A stretch of 64,000 nucleotides of DNA from an uncultured Bacteroidaceae bacterium (GCA_964526475.1 CAZGKF010000002.1:66562-130561); one strand, 5' to 3'. Shown: positions 10,602 through 21,422, numbered from the stretch's first letter. The notes: generated from the sequence alone by a model not told the origin. Translations and numbers: made by a program.

Positions 10602-11321
10602 ATGAAAAATGACATTCCCGAAAAGCGGCCTTTATTGAAAATGTTTACAGCTGTTCCCCCCTCATATGATTTTCTGAACCGTTTGTTAACTTTTGGATTT
10701 GATCAGGTATGGAGGAGTAAAGCAGTAAAAGAATGTCTGGAAAACAATCCTGTGAATATTCTCGATCTTTGTTGTGGCACAGGGGATCTTGCCATTAAAC
10801 TCAGGAAATCTGCTTTGCCCGGGGCACATATAGTGGCACTTGATTACAGCGAAACTATGCTTGAAACAGCAAAGAAAAAGGCCAGCAGACGAAATCTAAC
10901 CAGCATAGATTTTCATTATGCTGATGCATCCAATATTCCTTTTCCTGATGAATATTTTGATACCATCGGAATATCGTTTGCTTTCCGGAACCTTACATTT
11001 CATAATCCCGACAGGGATAAATTCCTGTCTGAAATCCTCAGGGTGCTTAAATCCTCAGGTCGCTTTGTTATAGTGGAAACCAGCCAGCCAAATAAACGAT
11101 TACTCCGAAAACTTTACCATATTTATCTTAAATGGATAACAGCTCCGCTTGGCGGATTATTATCGGGACATCATGGAGCTTATAATTATCTCTCCTATTC
11201 TGCCCGCAATTATTACAGCAATGAGGAACTTAAAAAACTGTTAACTGAAAAAGGATTCTCCAAAGTTCATTCAGGGACTTTTCTTGGTGGGATTGCCGGT
11301 CTGCATGTAGTTATTAAATAA
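10602..11321 (+). CDS. ubiE: Demethylmenaquinone/ubiquinone methyltransferase
   Basis: 239 aa. MFTAVPPSYDFLNRLLTFGFDQVWR is the UbiE/MenG signature. SAM motif I is LDLCCGTGD. Confidence 0.85.
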   Translation: MKNDIPEKRPLLKMFTAVPPSYDFLNRLLTFGFDQVWRSKAVKECLENNPVNILDLCCGTGDLAIKLRKSALPGAHIVALDYSETMLETAKKKASRRNLTSIDFHYADASNIPFPDEYFDTIGISFAFRNLTFHNPDRDKFLSEILRVLKSSGRFVIVETSQPNKRLLRKLYHIYLKWITAPLGGLLSGHHGAYNYLSYSARNYYSNEELKKLLTEKGFSKVHSGTFLGGIAGLHVVIK

Positions 11322-11494
11322 AATTACCGTTTGTACGGTTTACTGTGTAATTTATATCTGTTTCTTCCATTGATGAAACTACTTCCATCCTGAAAGGGTG
11401 AAATGTGAATAGCTCCTGAAGAAGAGGCTCAGGGATATTGTGTATCCGTCCATTAGTAAACAATCGAACACCAGGAGGAGCTTTATAGATATGT

Positions 11495-13549
11495 CTATTC
11501 CATCACCTTTATTGCTTTAGCCGATGCTTCGAGCAATGGCTTAATTGAAAGAGGGCCTCCCACAGCTTCATTCATCCAGAGCTGAGGGATAAGCCTTCCC
11601 TGCTGAAATATCCTTTGAACTTCATCAGCAAAGGATTTCCCTTCCATCTGTTTCTCCAGCTGATAGCTGATAAGGTGTCCCAGCGGATATGCTGAAAGAT
11701 AAAGAGGGTTATCAATCATATGTGAATAAACAGCAAGTACAGGTTCATCAGTAGTGTTGAAAACATCAGCATAATATTGATTCCAGACATCTTTAGCAAT
11801 CGAAATAACTGCTTCCTTTATCCGGGATTTATCCGCTTCGGGGTTTTGGTACAGCCACTTCCACAATCTTATATCTACCAGTGAAACACCCATGATCTCA
11901 TAACATGCCCAGAGAATATCAAGTGTCATTAACTCTTCTTTCAAACTACCTGACTCCTTTATTCCCAATACATCGAGGTCACGTTTCTGGAAGATAAATG
12001 CCAGTGCTTCGGTAAATGCAGTATTAGGAACCCCACTGAGCATGTAATAATCCACATCATGCAGAGTGATGATTTGTTCCACGGTATGTCCGAACTCATG
12101 CATCGCAATATTAAATCCCTTGTAATCCATTCCTGCAGCAGGTATTCGGGTACGTAAAAGTGCCAGGTCGCTGCGCATTGCTCCACCCCATGCATGACCT
12201 GCTCCCCGGGCTCCTTCTACTTTTATCCTCTCTTTAAAAAACTCTGCTTTCTCTTTATCCCATTTCAGGGAGGTGAGGATAGCCGGAATTTCCTTTTCAA
12301 AAGTTTCGGCACTCGTAAAACGCTGGCTTACTGCAGCATCGAGTTGTTCAGCCGGTATTCCGCTTCGGCTTTTAAATCCGTCATACCATATATCGAAAGG
12401 TTCAAGAGGCCTGCCAAGTCTCCTGCTTATTAAATTGCCCAGTTCTCTCACCTCATTGGACGAGACAAGGGCTATAAAGAGGTTTTCAACTTCATCGACA
12501 GATATTTCAAAACTACCTTCAAACTTTCGCTGAATATATGTTGGCAAACTGTGATGATATTTGTCCATATTCTTTAAGGCATTGAACAATTTTTCCACTT
12601 GTTCATAACGGGTATCCGGTTCTGAATGCAGTTCAACTATCTCCCCGTCTTTGCTAACCTCATTGGTGTATGGATTCCATTTATACTCCTTGCTGTTTAT
12701 CAGGTCTTCCGGTATTGACTGGTCAATAATGCGTTTCATCACCTGGTATATCATTTTCTGTCTTTCAAGTCCACTTTGTGTATCGTTATATTGTGATTTC
12801 AGTTCATCACGAAGACCCCAGTGGCTGATAAGCTTCTTATCTTCCGGAAAAAGAGTATTACCATCATTATTAACAAGGTATCCCACAGCAATATTATATT
12901 CACTAATGTAAGTATCGGCCCCGGTGCTGACTGTTGAATAATCCTGTTTATATATGGCCGGAATTCTGGAAGTTACAACATCCCCCATACGTGCGTAAGC
13001 CCATTCCCTGCGCGACCAGCTTTTACCCGATTCAGACTTTTCAGCAAGTGAGTATTCAGGGAAATTCAGAGCAATAATAAAGGCTATCTTATTTGCAAAC
13101 AAATCTTCGCTTAAGTGTGCACTGGCATTATACGCACCAAAAAGCTGGTCAATATATGTGAGGGGTCCGGTATCGAGATGAAGCGGTCGCATGAGATCTT
13201 TGCTGATACGCAGAAAATAACCGCTTAAAATCTCCAGCCCGCCGGATAACTTATGAAAAAGTACTTCAAGATCTTCTTCACCGGTAACAAACTGCTCCAG
13301 GCAAAATGCCTCAAAATCAGCAATACTCCCATCTGAACTTCTCCATAAACGTGCTGCCTGAGAGACTCCCCGTTCCGCCCTGAAATGAATTTCCTTCCCA
13401 TGAGCTTTGGTAAGTTGTGAAATCACATTCTGAACAACATTTTCAGGTACTGGAGAAAATGCTCTTTCTCCATCTTTTTCAACAGGCCTGTTACATTGAA
13501 TCATAATAGGAAGTAATAGTATTAGTAATAACCATTTTATTTTTTTCAT
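11495..13549 (-). CDS. Secreted gluzincin metallopeptidase (HEFGH, M3-like)
   Basis: 684 aa with a signal peptide, the HExxH motif AMHEFGHTVE and a downstream TEALAF Glu candidate. Confidence 0.5.
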   Translation of the reverse strand: MKKIKWLLLILLLPIMIQCNRPVEKDGERAFSPVPENVVQNVISQLTKAHGKEIHFRAERGVSQAARLWRSSDGSIADFEAFCLEQFVTGEEDLEVLFHKLSGGLEILSGYFLRISKDLMRPLHLDTGPLTYIDQLFGAYNASAHLSEDLFANKIAFIIALNFPEYSLAEKSESGKSWSRREWAYARMGDVVTSRIPAIYKQDYSTVSTGADTYISEYNIAVGYLVNNDGNTLFPEDKKLISHWGLRDELKSQYNDTQSGLERQKMIYQVMKRIIDQSIPEDLINSKEYKWNPYTNEVSKDGEIVELHSEPDTRYEQVEKLFNALKNMDKYHHSLPTYIQRKFEGSFEISVDEVENLFIALVSSNEVRELGNLISRRLGRPLEPFDIWYDGFKSRSGIPAEQLDAAVSQRFTSAETFEKEIPAILTSLKWDKEKAEFFKERIKVEGARGAGHAWGGAMRSDLALLRTRIPAAGMDYKGFNIAMHEFGHTVEQIITLHDVDYYMLSGVPNTAFTEALAFIFQKRDLDVLGIKESGSLKEELMTLDILWACYEIMGVSLVDIRLWKWLYQNPEADKSRIKEAVISIAKDVWNQYYADVFNTTDEPVLAVYSHMIDNPLYLSAYPLGHLISYQLEKQMEGKSFADEVQRIFQQGRLIPQLWMNEAVGGPLSIKPLLEASAKAIKVME

Positions 13550-13691
13550 TATTACAGGTTTTTAAAGGTAAATATTGTGTCTTACCCAGAAAATGCTTTA
13601 AGTCAACATACAAATGTAATAAAGCCTTCTGTCTAATACAAACCCGTTTATTTGTAATTTTCATCACTGTTTGAAGAGCTTCCATTTTATT

Positions 13692-14354
13692 TCAGTTACT
13701 GAGCGGCAGGTAAAAATACTGGCCAATACCCACTGTGAAGATAAGGTTACCATACAGCATATGTTCAGTGAATACCACAGGAAGTGATCTGCTTTTACGG
13801 TAAGTATAAGCAAACATTAGCCCTCCTAAAAAAGTAAGAACAATGGCAAGCCAGTTTCTGAAGATAATATGTGAAAAAGAAAACAGGGCTGCATTTACCA
13901 GAAAAAAACCTGTCTCATTGGATATCAGATCACGATACCGGTGGAAGAACCATGTGCGAAAAATAAATTCCTGGGGAAAAGCCGACCACAATGGATAGAA
14001 AACCATGATTATAAGCCATAAAAGAAAACGTTCCCTGGGTAAAAAAAACCAGTTTTCAGGTGATATAACTCTTACAATTATAACACTTGTAACAGCCAGA
14101 ATAATAAATCTCAATAATAAAGGCTTCCATCCATGGAATGTATTAAACCCCATATATCTGCGATCGAACTTCTTATCTCTTAAAATTATAAAAAGTAAAA
14201 GAAAAAAAACTATTAACAGGGGTATAGCTTTATGAAAAGGTATTTTATCGAAATAATATAATAGCGGCAAGCCGATAAACAGAATAATAAGTTCGGCCCA
14301 ACGGAAAACTGCGGTATTAAAAAAATCCTTAAATATTAAATTATATCCATTCAT
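13692..14354 (-). CDS. CPBP family intramembrane glutamic endopeptidase (CAAX protease-like)
   Basis: 220 aa, polytopic. Has the EFIFRTWFF (EExxxR-like) and FSHIIF (FxxxH) motifs. Confidence 0.7.
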   Translation of the reverse strand: MNGYNLIFKDFFNTAVFRWAELIILFIGLPLLYYFDKIPFHKAIPLLIVFFLLLFIILRDKKFDRRYMGFNTFHGWKPLLLRFIILAVTSVIIVRVISPENWFFLPRERFLLWLIIMVFYPLWSAFPQEFIFRTWFFHRYRDLISNETGFFLVNAALFSFSHIIFRNWLAIVLTFLGGLMFAYTYRKSRSLPVVFTEHMLYGNLIFTVGIGQYFYLPLSN

Positions 14355-14494
14355 TTAATTACCTTAATAAGTGAATTAACCAATAAAGAACAGATAAACA
14401 GGATTAATTCCTGTACTTTAGTTACTGTTGTAAATTTAACATTTCTATATTCAAAATGTTTATGTATTATTGTCGTTTATTTGAATAATTAATA

Positions 14495-15385
14495 ATGGAA
14501 TTCAACCTCTTCTCCGGCTATCTGCTTCCTGCAACTCTTGCCATAATTACTTTGGGAATGGGGTTATCCATTGAAGCAAGGGATTTCAGGAATCTTTTTC
14601 TATTTCCAAAAGCACTTCTAACCGGATTATCAAGTCAGTTGTTACTTTTACCAGTTATTGGTTTCCTTATTGCTTTCGGGTCAGGCCTTGATCCTATTTT
14701 TAAGGTAGGGATGATTTTAATTGCCGCATGTCCCGGTGGTGCTACAGCAAATCTTGTTAATTTTATGCTTAACGGGAACGTTGCTCTTTCCATCTCCATA
14801 ACAGTAATAAATAGTATTATAACACTGTTTACCATTCCCTTTCTGGTAAGTACCGGCTTATATATATTCCTTGGAAAAGACACCATTTTCCAGCTCCCAT
14901 ACCTGGAAACAATTTTAAATTTATTTATGGTAGTGGTTCTTCCTGCGTTTACCGGGGTAATGATCAGGCACCGTTATCCGAAATTTGCAATCGGACTTGA
15001 AAAACCCCTGCGGTATATACTTCCTGTTATCTTACTTACTGTTTACATAGGTGTTATTCTGATCGATGAAAGTGATGAGGCAGCTGAATTGATGGATTAT
15101 TTTAATATTTTACCATTTGTTATTCTGTTAAATGCAGTTTCCATGTTTTTTGGCTGGTTTGCAGCACGTTTATCAGGACTAAGCAATCGCAACCGTTTTA
15201 CTATTGCTGTTGAAGTGGGACTTCAAAACAGCACCCTTGCCATTTTTGTAGCCTCCACTCTGCTAAAAGACCAGATGATGGCAATCGTTCCGGTTATGTA
15301 TGGGTCAACTTCCTTTTTTATCACATGGTTTATGGGGTTTTTACTGAAAACGTATGGTGGGAGAAAGGGAGAAAAGAGAAATTAA
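14495..15385 (+). CDS. Bile acid:sodium symporter (BASS) family transporter
   Basis: 296 aa, polytopic, with the ACPGGATANLVNF signature. Confidence 0.75.
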   Translation: MEFNLFSGYLLPATLAIITLGMGLSIEARDFRNLFLFPKALLTGLSSQLLLLPVIGFLIAFGSGLDPIFKVGMILIAACPGGATANLVNFMLNGNVALSISITVINSIITLFTIPFLVSTGLYIFLGKDTIFQLPYLETILNLFMVVVLPAFTGVMIRHRYPKFAIGLEKPLRYILPVILLTVYIGVILIDESDEAAELMDYFNILPFVILLNAVSMFFGWFAARLSGLSNRNRFTIAVEVGLQNSTLAIFVASTLLKDQMMAIVPVMYGSTSFFITWFMGFLLKTYGGRKGEKRN

Positions 15386-15540
15386 GAAAATGAATAAGGA
15401 ACTTTCTGGTACATTATTTCCATTGAACGCGCTTCCCAAATTAATAACAACTATCTTTTAACTTATTAGCATGTATATTATTGATTTGCCCGATAAGGAT
15501 GTTTATTCTTATATTTGAAACCAGTATCAGATACAATGTC

Positions 15541-16986
15541 ATGATTCCTGTTTTTATTTGTTATCTCATTATCCTTATAGGTATAGTTCTATATTCGGCC
15601 CGAAGGTCTGAGACCAATGTTGACTTTGTAGTTGGCGGGAAGAAAATTTCAGGTTTTTCACTTGCTCTGTCAGAGAGAGCAACAGGTGAATCAGCATGGC
15701 TTCTGCTGGGGCTTACCGGTCATGCATATGCTGAAGGCATGTCGGCCATCTGGGTAGCCCTGGGCTGTATTGCAGGTATATTTTTCCTCTGGACATTCAT
15801 GGCTGAGCCTCTTCAGCGAATAACAACAAAGACGAATGCCCTGACTGTTACAGGCTTATTTACCAGATCATTTTCAGGAACCAGCCGAAGCCTTGGGATT
15901 CTGTCTTCCATTATTATCATATTCTTTTTCATCTTGTATATTTCAGCCCAGTTCAATGGTGCAGGAAAAATTTTTCACGACACTTTTAATATAGATCCTT
16001 TTTGGGGGATGGTTATAGGTTCTGCCATTGTTACTCTTTACACTATGCTTGGCGGATTTATTACAGTAGTAGCAACAGATGCTTTTCAGGCTTTGCTGAT
16101 GGTGGTAACCTGCATAGTTTTGCCCATTATCGCACTTTTTATTGCAGCTGCAAATAATTTAGAAATTGCCAATACCATAATCTCAGCAGATTTTACTGTT
16201 CCATTGAATATAGACCAGGTTCACTCTTCAACCGGTTTTTTGCTTATCCTTAACGGACTTAGCTGGGCATTTGGATATACAGGTCAGCCTCAACTCCTGA
16301 TTAGAATGATGGCCATGCGCAGCAGAAAAGAAACATTGAAGGCCCGGTGGCTGGCAATGAGCTGGACCATACTGGCATATAGTGGTGCATTTATGATAGG
16401 TATTACAGGATATCACCTTGTGCAGCAGGGTTTATTAGGGGAAAACGCTGCCCGCATAGCCGGTGATGCTGAGAAAATAATGCCCGTGATGGTGATCTCA
16501 TTACTGAATCCCATCCTTGCCGGGATATTACTCTCAGGAGCCGTTTCTGCCATGATGTCAACAGCATCCTCCCAGTTGATGGTTGTGTCATCAGGCATTA
16601 CGGAAGACTTTTATACCCAGACAAGCAGAAAAACTATTTCCGGAAAACAATTACTTTTTCTTAACAAGATACTAATTTTGCTTGTCGGAGTTGTTGCATT
16701 TATGCTTGCTGCAACTATGGAAGAAACGGTTTACGGACTGGTTTCATATGCATGGAGTGGTATCGGGGCCTCCTTTGGTCCTGCAATAATATTATTGCTA
16801 TTCTGGAAGAAATTTTCCCGGGCAGGAGTTTTTGCAGGTTTTATAACAGGAACAATTTCCACGATTATATGGAAAACATGGCTTACCGGATCAACCGGTA
16901 TTTCAGAGCGGCTTGCAAGTTACTTTCTGGCTTTTTGTATGGCAGTTGTGTTTAGTCTGCTGTTGCCGGAGAAGAAAAATAAGTGA
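15541..16986 (+). CDS. Sodium:solute symporter family protein (PutP-like)
   Basis: Polytopic protein of about 480 aa. The ATG at 15541 (MIPVFICYLI...) is preferred over the TTG at 15481. The overall pattern is SSS-like (GGKKISGF, SAQFNGAGK). Confidence 0.7.
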   Translation: MIPVFICYLIILIGIVLYSARRSETNVDFVVGGKKISGFSLALSERATGESAWLLLGLTGHAYAEGMSAIWVALGCIAGIFFLWTFMAEPLQRITTKTNALTVTGLFTRSFSGTSRSLGILSSIIIIFFFILYISAQFNGAGKIFHDTFNIDPFWGMVIGSAIVTLYTMLGGFITVVATDAFQALLMVVTCIVLPIIALFIAAANNLEIANTIISADFTVPLNIDQVHSSTGFLLILNGLSWAFGYTGQPQLLIRMMAMRSRKETLKARWLAMSWTILAYSGAFMIGITGYHLVQQGLLGENAARIAGDAEKIMPVMVISLLNPILAGILLSGAVSAMMSTASSQLMVVSSGITEDFYTQTSRKTISGKQLLFLNKILILLVGVVAFMLAATMEETVYGLVSYAWSGIGASFGPAIILLLFWKKFSRAGVFAGFITGTISTIIWKTWLTGSTGISERLASYFLAFCMAVVFSLLLPEKKNK

Positions 16987-17028
16987 ACGTATCAATAGCT
17001 ATATTGCGCGCATTAGCGACAAGCGCCA

Positions 17029-20000
17029 CTACTTTACCTTAGTACCCCGGATAGATATATTAAGGCTTTCAAGAAAGTTAATAAAGCGTTTTAAAACATC
17101 ATAATATAATAAAACGAAAAGGAACATTGTCATTATCCAGATTGCAAAAGTATTAAAGAAGAGGGTTCCGATCCTCAGATTACCAAATTGTTTATATGGC
17201 GCATAAAAATGTGCCCTCCCATATTTGGAGCCAGGCTTCATGTAAATTGGATCGGCTTTTTGGATCAGCTTCTTATCCGAATCATAAATTTTAACGGTAT
17301 TAAACCGGTTTAGAACTACATTGGCAATATTTTCATTATAATACATATCTCGAAGGCTTAAAAACTGTTCTTCCCCCATTTGCTCTATTATCCTTTTGTA
17401 AAGAGAATCACGCTGTAAAGCTAAAACTCTGCTTTTTTCTCTGAAGAAAGTCATTAAGCTGTCAAGGAATAGCTTTGTATTATCACCAATATTATCGTTG
17501 AATCTATTATAATCCAAATCGTTGAACCAATTGCTGTATTCTATTCCTGCAAGAAGTGAAAGCTCATTTATATGATACTTAATTTTTCTTAAATTGCTCT
17601 CCGAGTAATCACGATAAACCTGATCTTTTCCAGCTACCTGGCACTCCTCAACTTTTACCTTAAGAGTTGGAATTAGAAAAGAAGTTATCCAGACATTTTG
17701 ACTTATCTCCATATCTTTCTCAAAAAAAGGCTTCTGAAATTTGTTACTTTTAAATTCTTCTACCATAATTGCCTCATATGCCCATCGGGTAACCATAACT
17801 TCTCCAATCAATGGAACAAAATTCTTTCTGGTGATTGAATTGTGTAAATCGTCAAAACGGATCATTGCCCCTCCAAGGATAAGCATTGGCACTAGAAGAA
17901 GAGGAATCAGAATATAAATACTTACAGCTGTTTTCATCCCTGATGATATATTCAATCCCAGCATATTTCCAAAGCACGCTGTTGAAAAAAGTATCATCCA
18001 GTGCTGATAAATCATCCCTTTAACTTCAAGAAGAGAATTTGAAACCAGGACAAAGAGTAATGATTGTATCGCAGATAACCCGAAAAGAAAAGTAATCTTT
18101 GATATCAAATAACTTGCTCTGCTAATATTAAGAAATTTTTCTCTTTCCAGTATTTTCCGGTCACGGAATATTTCCTCGGCACTGACTGTAAGGCCAATAA
18201 AAAGTGCAACAATTACAGCCATAAACAGGAAAACATGATAATTCTTGTTTGCAGCAAAAACATATGAGCTATTCTCACTATACTTTGAAATGAAACCTAG
18301 AATTAAAGCAAGAAGTGGAGCCAGAAGTAAGTTTATAGTCATGTATTGCCGGTCGGCAAGTTTCCTGTTAATATTTCTTATTACAAAAGTCTTAACCTGG
18401 TCTCTCTTTTTTGGTACTCTGAAATTGCTCATGGGGAGAGATGATTTTTCAGGTCTCTCCTTAAGAACCGGCATCATATTATTCTTATATTTTTCGTGCC
18501 ATTCTTGTGGACTCACTTGTCTTTCCTTTCCTTCAAGACCTGAGTTATCAATTTCCCTGACCTCTATTATATTCAAAATATTATCAGTCTCTATATTACC
18601 ACAATTCGGACATTCACTTTCCGTAGCATTTACATGCGATATCTCCGTTTTGAAATAAACCAGTGCTTCAACAGGATCCTCATCGTAGATCATAAATCCA
18701 CCTTTATCGAGAATCCATAGCCTGTCAAACATTTTCATGATGGAAGAGGATGGCTGATGAATAATTGCAAAAACCAATCTCCCGCTTAAAGCTTGGTTTT
18801 TAAGTAATAACATCACCTTTTCGGAATCGAATGATGAAAGTCCTGATGTTGGCTCATCTATTAACAGAATTACCGGTTCACGCATCAGTTCGAGTCCGAT
18901 GTTGAGTCTTTTACGCTGACCACCGCTGATTTTCTTGTTAAGGGGATCACCAACCTGAAGATCTTTTATTTCATAAAGATCCAGGTCGAAAAGGACTCTT
19001 TCCACAGTAAAATTAAGTTGTTTCTCATCATAATCCCCAAAACATAAACGAGCATTATAATAAAGATTCTGAAAAACGGTCAACTCTTCAATCAGCAAAT
19101 CATCCTGTGGAACAAAACCAATTAATCCATTAAGCTTCTCTGAATCGGCATGAATATCATACCCGTTTATATACAGATTCCCGGTTTTAGGTTTGTTCTT
19201 TCCATTAAGAAGATTAAGCATCGTACTTTTCCCTACACCACTCCCCCCCATTAATCCAATCATATTACCGGATTCAATTCTGAAACTCATCTTCTGTATT
19301 CCATTGTCAGAATCCCCGAAAATGAACTCTATGTCATGTCCTTCGAAAAAAATCTTTTTAGAAAACTTCCTGGAAACAAACTTCTTATAAATCCTTGAAT
19401 AATAGATGGGGCTTATGTCCTGCCCTTTAATATTTACTCCTCTTTCAAGAAGATAAGGTTTGCCTGGAATTATATCACGTCCTTTAAAATAAAGGTGCAT
19501 GTTACCGTCATATGTCAATATAAGCGCTCCTGTACTTTCAATATGAAGAATAAAAAGATGCCCCTGGAATCCTTTCATCCTGATATGTCGCCACTTTTCA
19601 TAATTGGTAAAATTTTCAGAGGCCCAAAGTTCAGGTTTATCACTCTCAATAATAAGAATACATTCAGGTGAAACCTCATCATATTTACTGCCAATCATAA
19701 ATGAGACGGCATTATCATACTCCTTCTTCGATATATTGAAAGTTTTTGCAACTATATTAATAATTGTGTTCTCTTGTTCTGAGATCAATTCATCCTCAAA
19801 TGCAAATTCCAGAAGCTGAAGAAAAACGATCATTCTCTCCTCGAGAAATAATCCTTTTTTTATCTGCTGGCATATATTGGTTATTTGAAATGATATAAGA
19901 GATTCTTCAATAGAGAGTTCTGCATTATCCATGCTCTTAAGCTCGCTTGCATAAAACCCGAGATTGGTCTCAAAAAGAGCATAATATTCCTCTTCCAGTT

Positions 20001-20127
20001 CCCGGTTAAGATATCTTCTGAGATAATTGCGAAATAACTTTTTACCACTTGATGAAATACCCCTGGGATTAACTGTTGAAATAATAGAAAAGATATGTAT
20101 TAATGCAAGTAATACAGATTCTCTCAT
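17029..20127 (-). CDS. ABCG-type half-transporter (NBD followed by ABC-2 permease) with a roughly 280-aa N-terminal extension
   Basis: 1032 aa. Walker A is GGSGVGKST, signature SGGQRKR, Walker B LLIDEPTSGLS. The C-terminal half is polytopic. Confidence 0.8.
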   Translation of the reverse strand: MRESVLLALIHIFSIISTVNPRGISSSGKKLFRNYLRRYLNRELEEEYYALFETNLGFYASELKSMDNAELSIEESLISFQITNICQQIKKGLFLEERMIVFLQLLEFAFEDELISEQENTIINIVAKTFNISKKEYDNAVSFMIGSKYDEVSPECILIIESDKPELWASENFTNYEKWRHIRMKGFQGHLFILHIESTGALILTYDGNMHLYFKGRDIIPGKPYLLERGVNIKGQDISPIYYSRIYKKFVSRKFSKKIFFEGHDIEFIFGDSDNGIQKMSFRIESGNMIGLMGGSGVGKSTMLNLLNGKNKPKTGNLYINGYDIHADSEKLNGLIGFVPQDDLLIEELTVFQNLYYNARLCFGDYDEKQLNFTVERVLFDLDLYEIKDLQVGDPLNKKISGGQRKRLNIGLELMREPVILLIDEPTSGLSSFDSEKVMLLLKNQALSGRLVFAIIHQPSSSIMKMFDRLWILDKGGFMIYDEDPVEALVYFKTEISHVNATESECPNCGNIETDNILNIIEVREIDNSGLEGKERQVSPQEWHEKYKNNMMPVLKERPEKSSLPMSNFRVPKKRDQVKTFVIRNINRKLADRQYMTINLLLAPLLALILGFISKYSENSSYVFAANKNYHVFLFMAVIVALFIGLTVSAEEIFRDRKILEREKFLNISRASYLISKITFLFGLSAIQSLLFVLVSNSLLEVKGMIYQHWMILFSTACFGNMLGLNISSGMKTAVSIYILIPLLLVPMLILGGAMIRFDDLHNSITRKNFVPLIGEVMVTRWAYEAIMVEEFKSNKFQKPFFEKDMEISQNVWITSFLIPTLKVKVEECQVAGKDQVYRDYSESNLRKIKYHINELSLLAGIEYSNWFNDLDYNRFNDNIGDNTKLFLDSLMTFFREKSRVLALQRDSLYKRIIEQMGEEQFLSLRDMYYNENIANVVLNRFNTVKIYDSDKKLIQKADPIYMKPGSKYGRAHFYAPYKQFGNLRIGTLFFNTFAIWIMTMFLFVLLYYDVLKRFINFLESLNISIRGTKVK

Positions 20128-20148
20128 AAAGATACATGTAAAAAAAAA

Positions 20149-20391
20149 GAGGCTGTCTAAAAAGCCTTATGAATTAGAATTCACTTTCAATTTGTAAGTT
20201 ATTCTATAAAAACCTCTGTGACCCTCTGTGTCTCCTCTGTGACCCTCTGTGTAATATATTAAAGTATAATTGGTTACACAGAGGACCACAGAGAAGGCAG
20301 AGTGTACACAGAGAGATAATTGGTTAATAACAGCGTTTTACTTTCAATTTGTAATCTATTAATTCAATGATTAGTCTTTTTAGACAGCCTC
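20149..20391. repeat. 243-bp element with perfect 16-bp terminal inverted repeats and an internal CTCTGTG/CACAGAG hairpin (MITE-like, or a terminator split by an insertion)
   Basis: gaggctgtctaaaaag (20149-20164) pairs with ctttttagacagcctc (20376-20391). Internal direct repeats of actttcaatttgtaa lie at 20183-20197 and 20340-20354, and of ataattggtta at 20266-20276 and 20316-20326. Tandem cctctgtgaccctctgtg units oppose cacagaggaccacagag. Confidence 0.55.
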
Positions 20392-20409
20392 CATACAATT
20401 ATGTAAAAA

Positions 20410-21231
20410 TCATAAAATAATCTGACTTCTTATCCCTTCGATGACTTCCGTAATATCAGTAATATTTTGCTTTGAAAGACTAGTGGAGAGACCGGCATAA
20501 ACCTGTTTAACCGGATCAAGCAATTTTAGAAACTCGTTCAAATCGGGATCATCTGCAAAAGGTTTGGTAAGTTCAAGATAAAGCTCAAATGATTTTTTCT
20601 GTTCAAGTAATATTCTTGAAATGCCTGCAATATGGTAAGCTTCTTCAGATACCTGAGTTGTAAGATACATTCCCTCCACCCAGGCTCCGCCTACAATAAG
20701 AAATGCCAATGCTTGCTGATTATTGTCACTAAGATAAGCATACGTGCTATTAAAGGCATCAGTAAGGATATATACAAGTGAATCTTTATTATCAACATTA
20801 ATTTTGATTTTTTCGTAAAGAGATTCATCATAGATATTTGACATATTTAACTCATCTGCCAGTGACCTTATGGCAGTCAGATAGTTTATAACTTCTTGCT
20901 GAACATTGTAAAGTGTAGCATAACTGAGATCGGCTCCAAATACACCAAGGTTTGTTGCACGTTTTGTACCCCTGAAATATTTTTTTACATTCTCAACAGG
21001 ATTTGAAATACCATTTACGTAATCAACTCCCATATCTGACAACATCATAATCACTTCCGCTGAGTTAAGCAAAGGATAACCAATTTTTTCAATTTCACTT
21101 TTAGAGATTTCAACCTTTTCCAGCTCTATTTTCTTTTGTTCCACTTTGTCAGATCTGTTCTTACATGAAGTTAGTCCTGAAAAACTAAATATAAGGAATG
21201 GAATCATAGCAAAACATAATATCTTTTTCAT
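20410..21231 (-). CDS. Hypothetical lipoprotein
   Basis: 273 aa with a signal peptide and lipobox GLTSC. No recognisable family. Confidence 0.4.
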   Translation of the reverse strand: MKKILCFAMIPFLIFSFSGLTSCKNRSDKVEQKKIELEKVEISKSEIEKIGYPLLNSAEVIMMLSDMGVDYVNGISNPVENVKKYFRGTKRATNLGVFGADLSYATLYNVQQEVINYLTAIRSLADELNMSNIYDESLYEKIKINVDNKDSLVYILTDAFNSTYAYLSDNNQQALAFLIVGGAWVEGMYLTTQVSEEAYHIAGISRILLEQKKSFELYLELTKPFADDPDLNEFLKLLDPVKQVYAGLSTSLSKQNITDITEVIEGIRSQIIL

Positions 21232-21422
21232 CTTTAATTAAAATTTTAGTTAAAAACACCTGTAAAAATAATAATAATTACTATTAAATAGTCTTTTTAG
21301 TTATCATTTATTTTGAACTTGCATTATACTTGTAAACCATTCTAAAATCGTTTCAGCTCATTAATTCCTTTAATAACTTTAATTATTTAATTTTACACCT
21401 GAATTCTTAAAGAAAAAATTTC

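Noticed and set aside
10409-10612. 67-aa plus-strand ORF upstream of ubiE
   Set aside because: It has an alternative start codon and an extremely AT-rich, low-complexity Lys/Asn/Phe/Ile sequence. It spans the 19-bp direct repeats, so it is likely non-coding leader or promoter DNA.
20211-20312. CTCTGTG/CACAGAG reiterations as a possible CRISPR or tandem-repeat array
   Set aside because: The units are 9-10 nt with no spacers and form the two arms of one hairpin. No cas genes are present.
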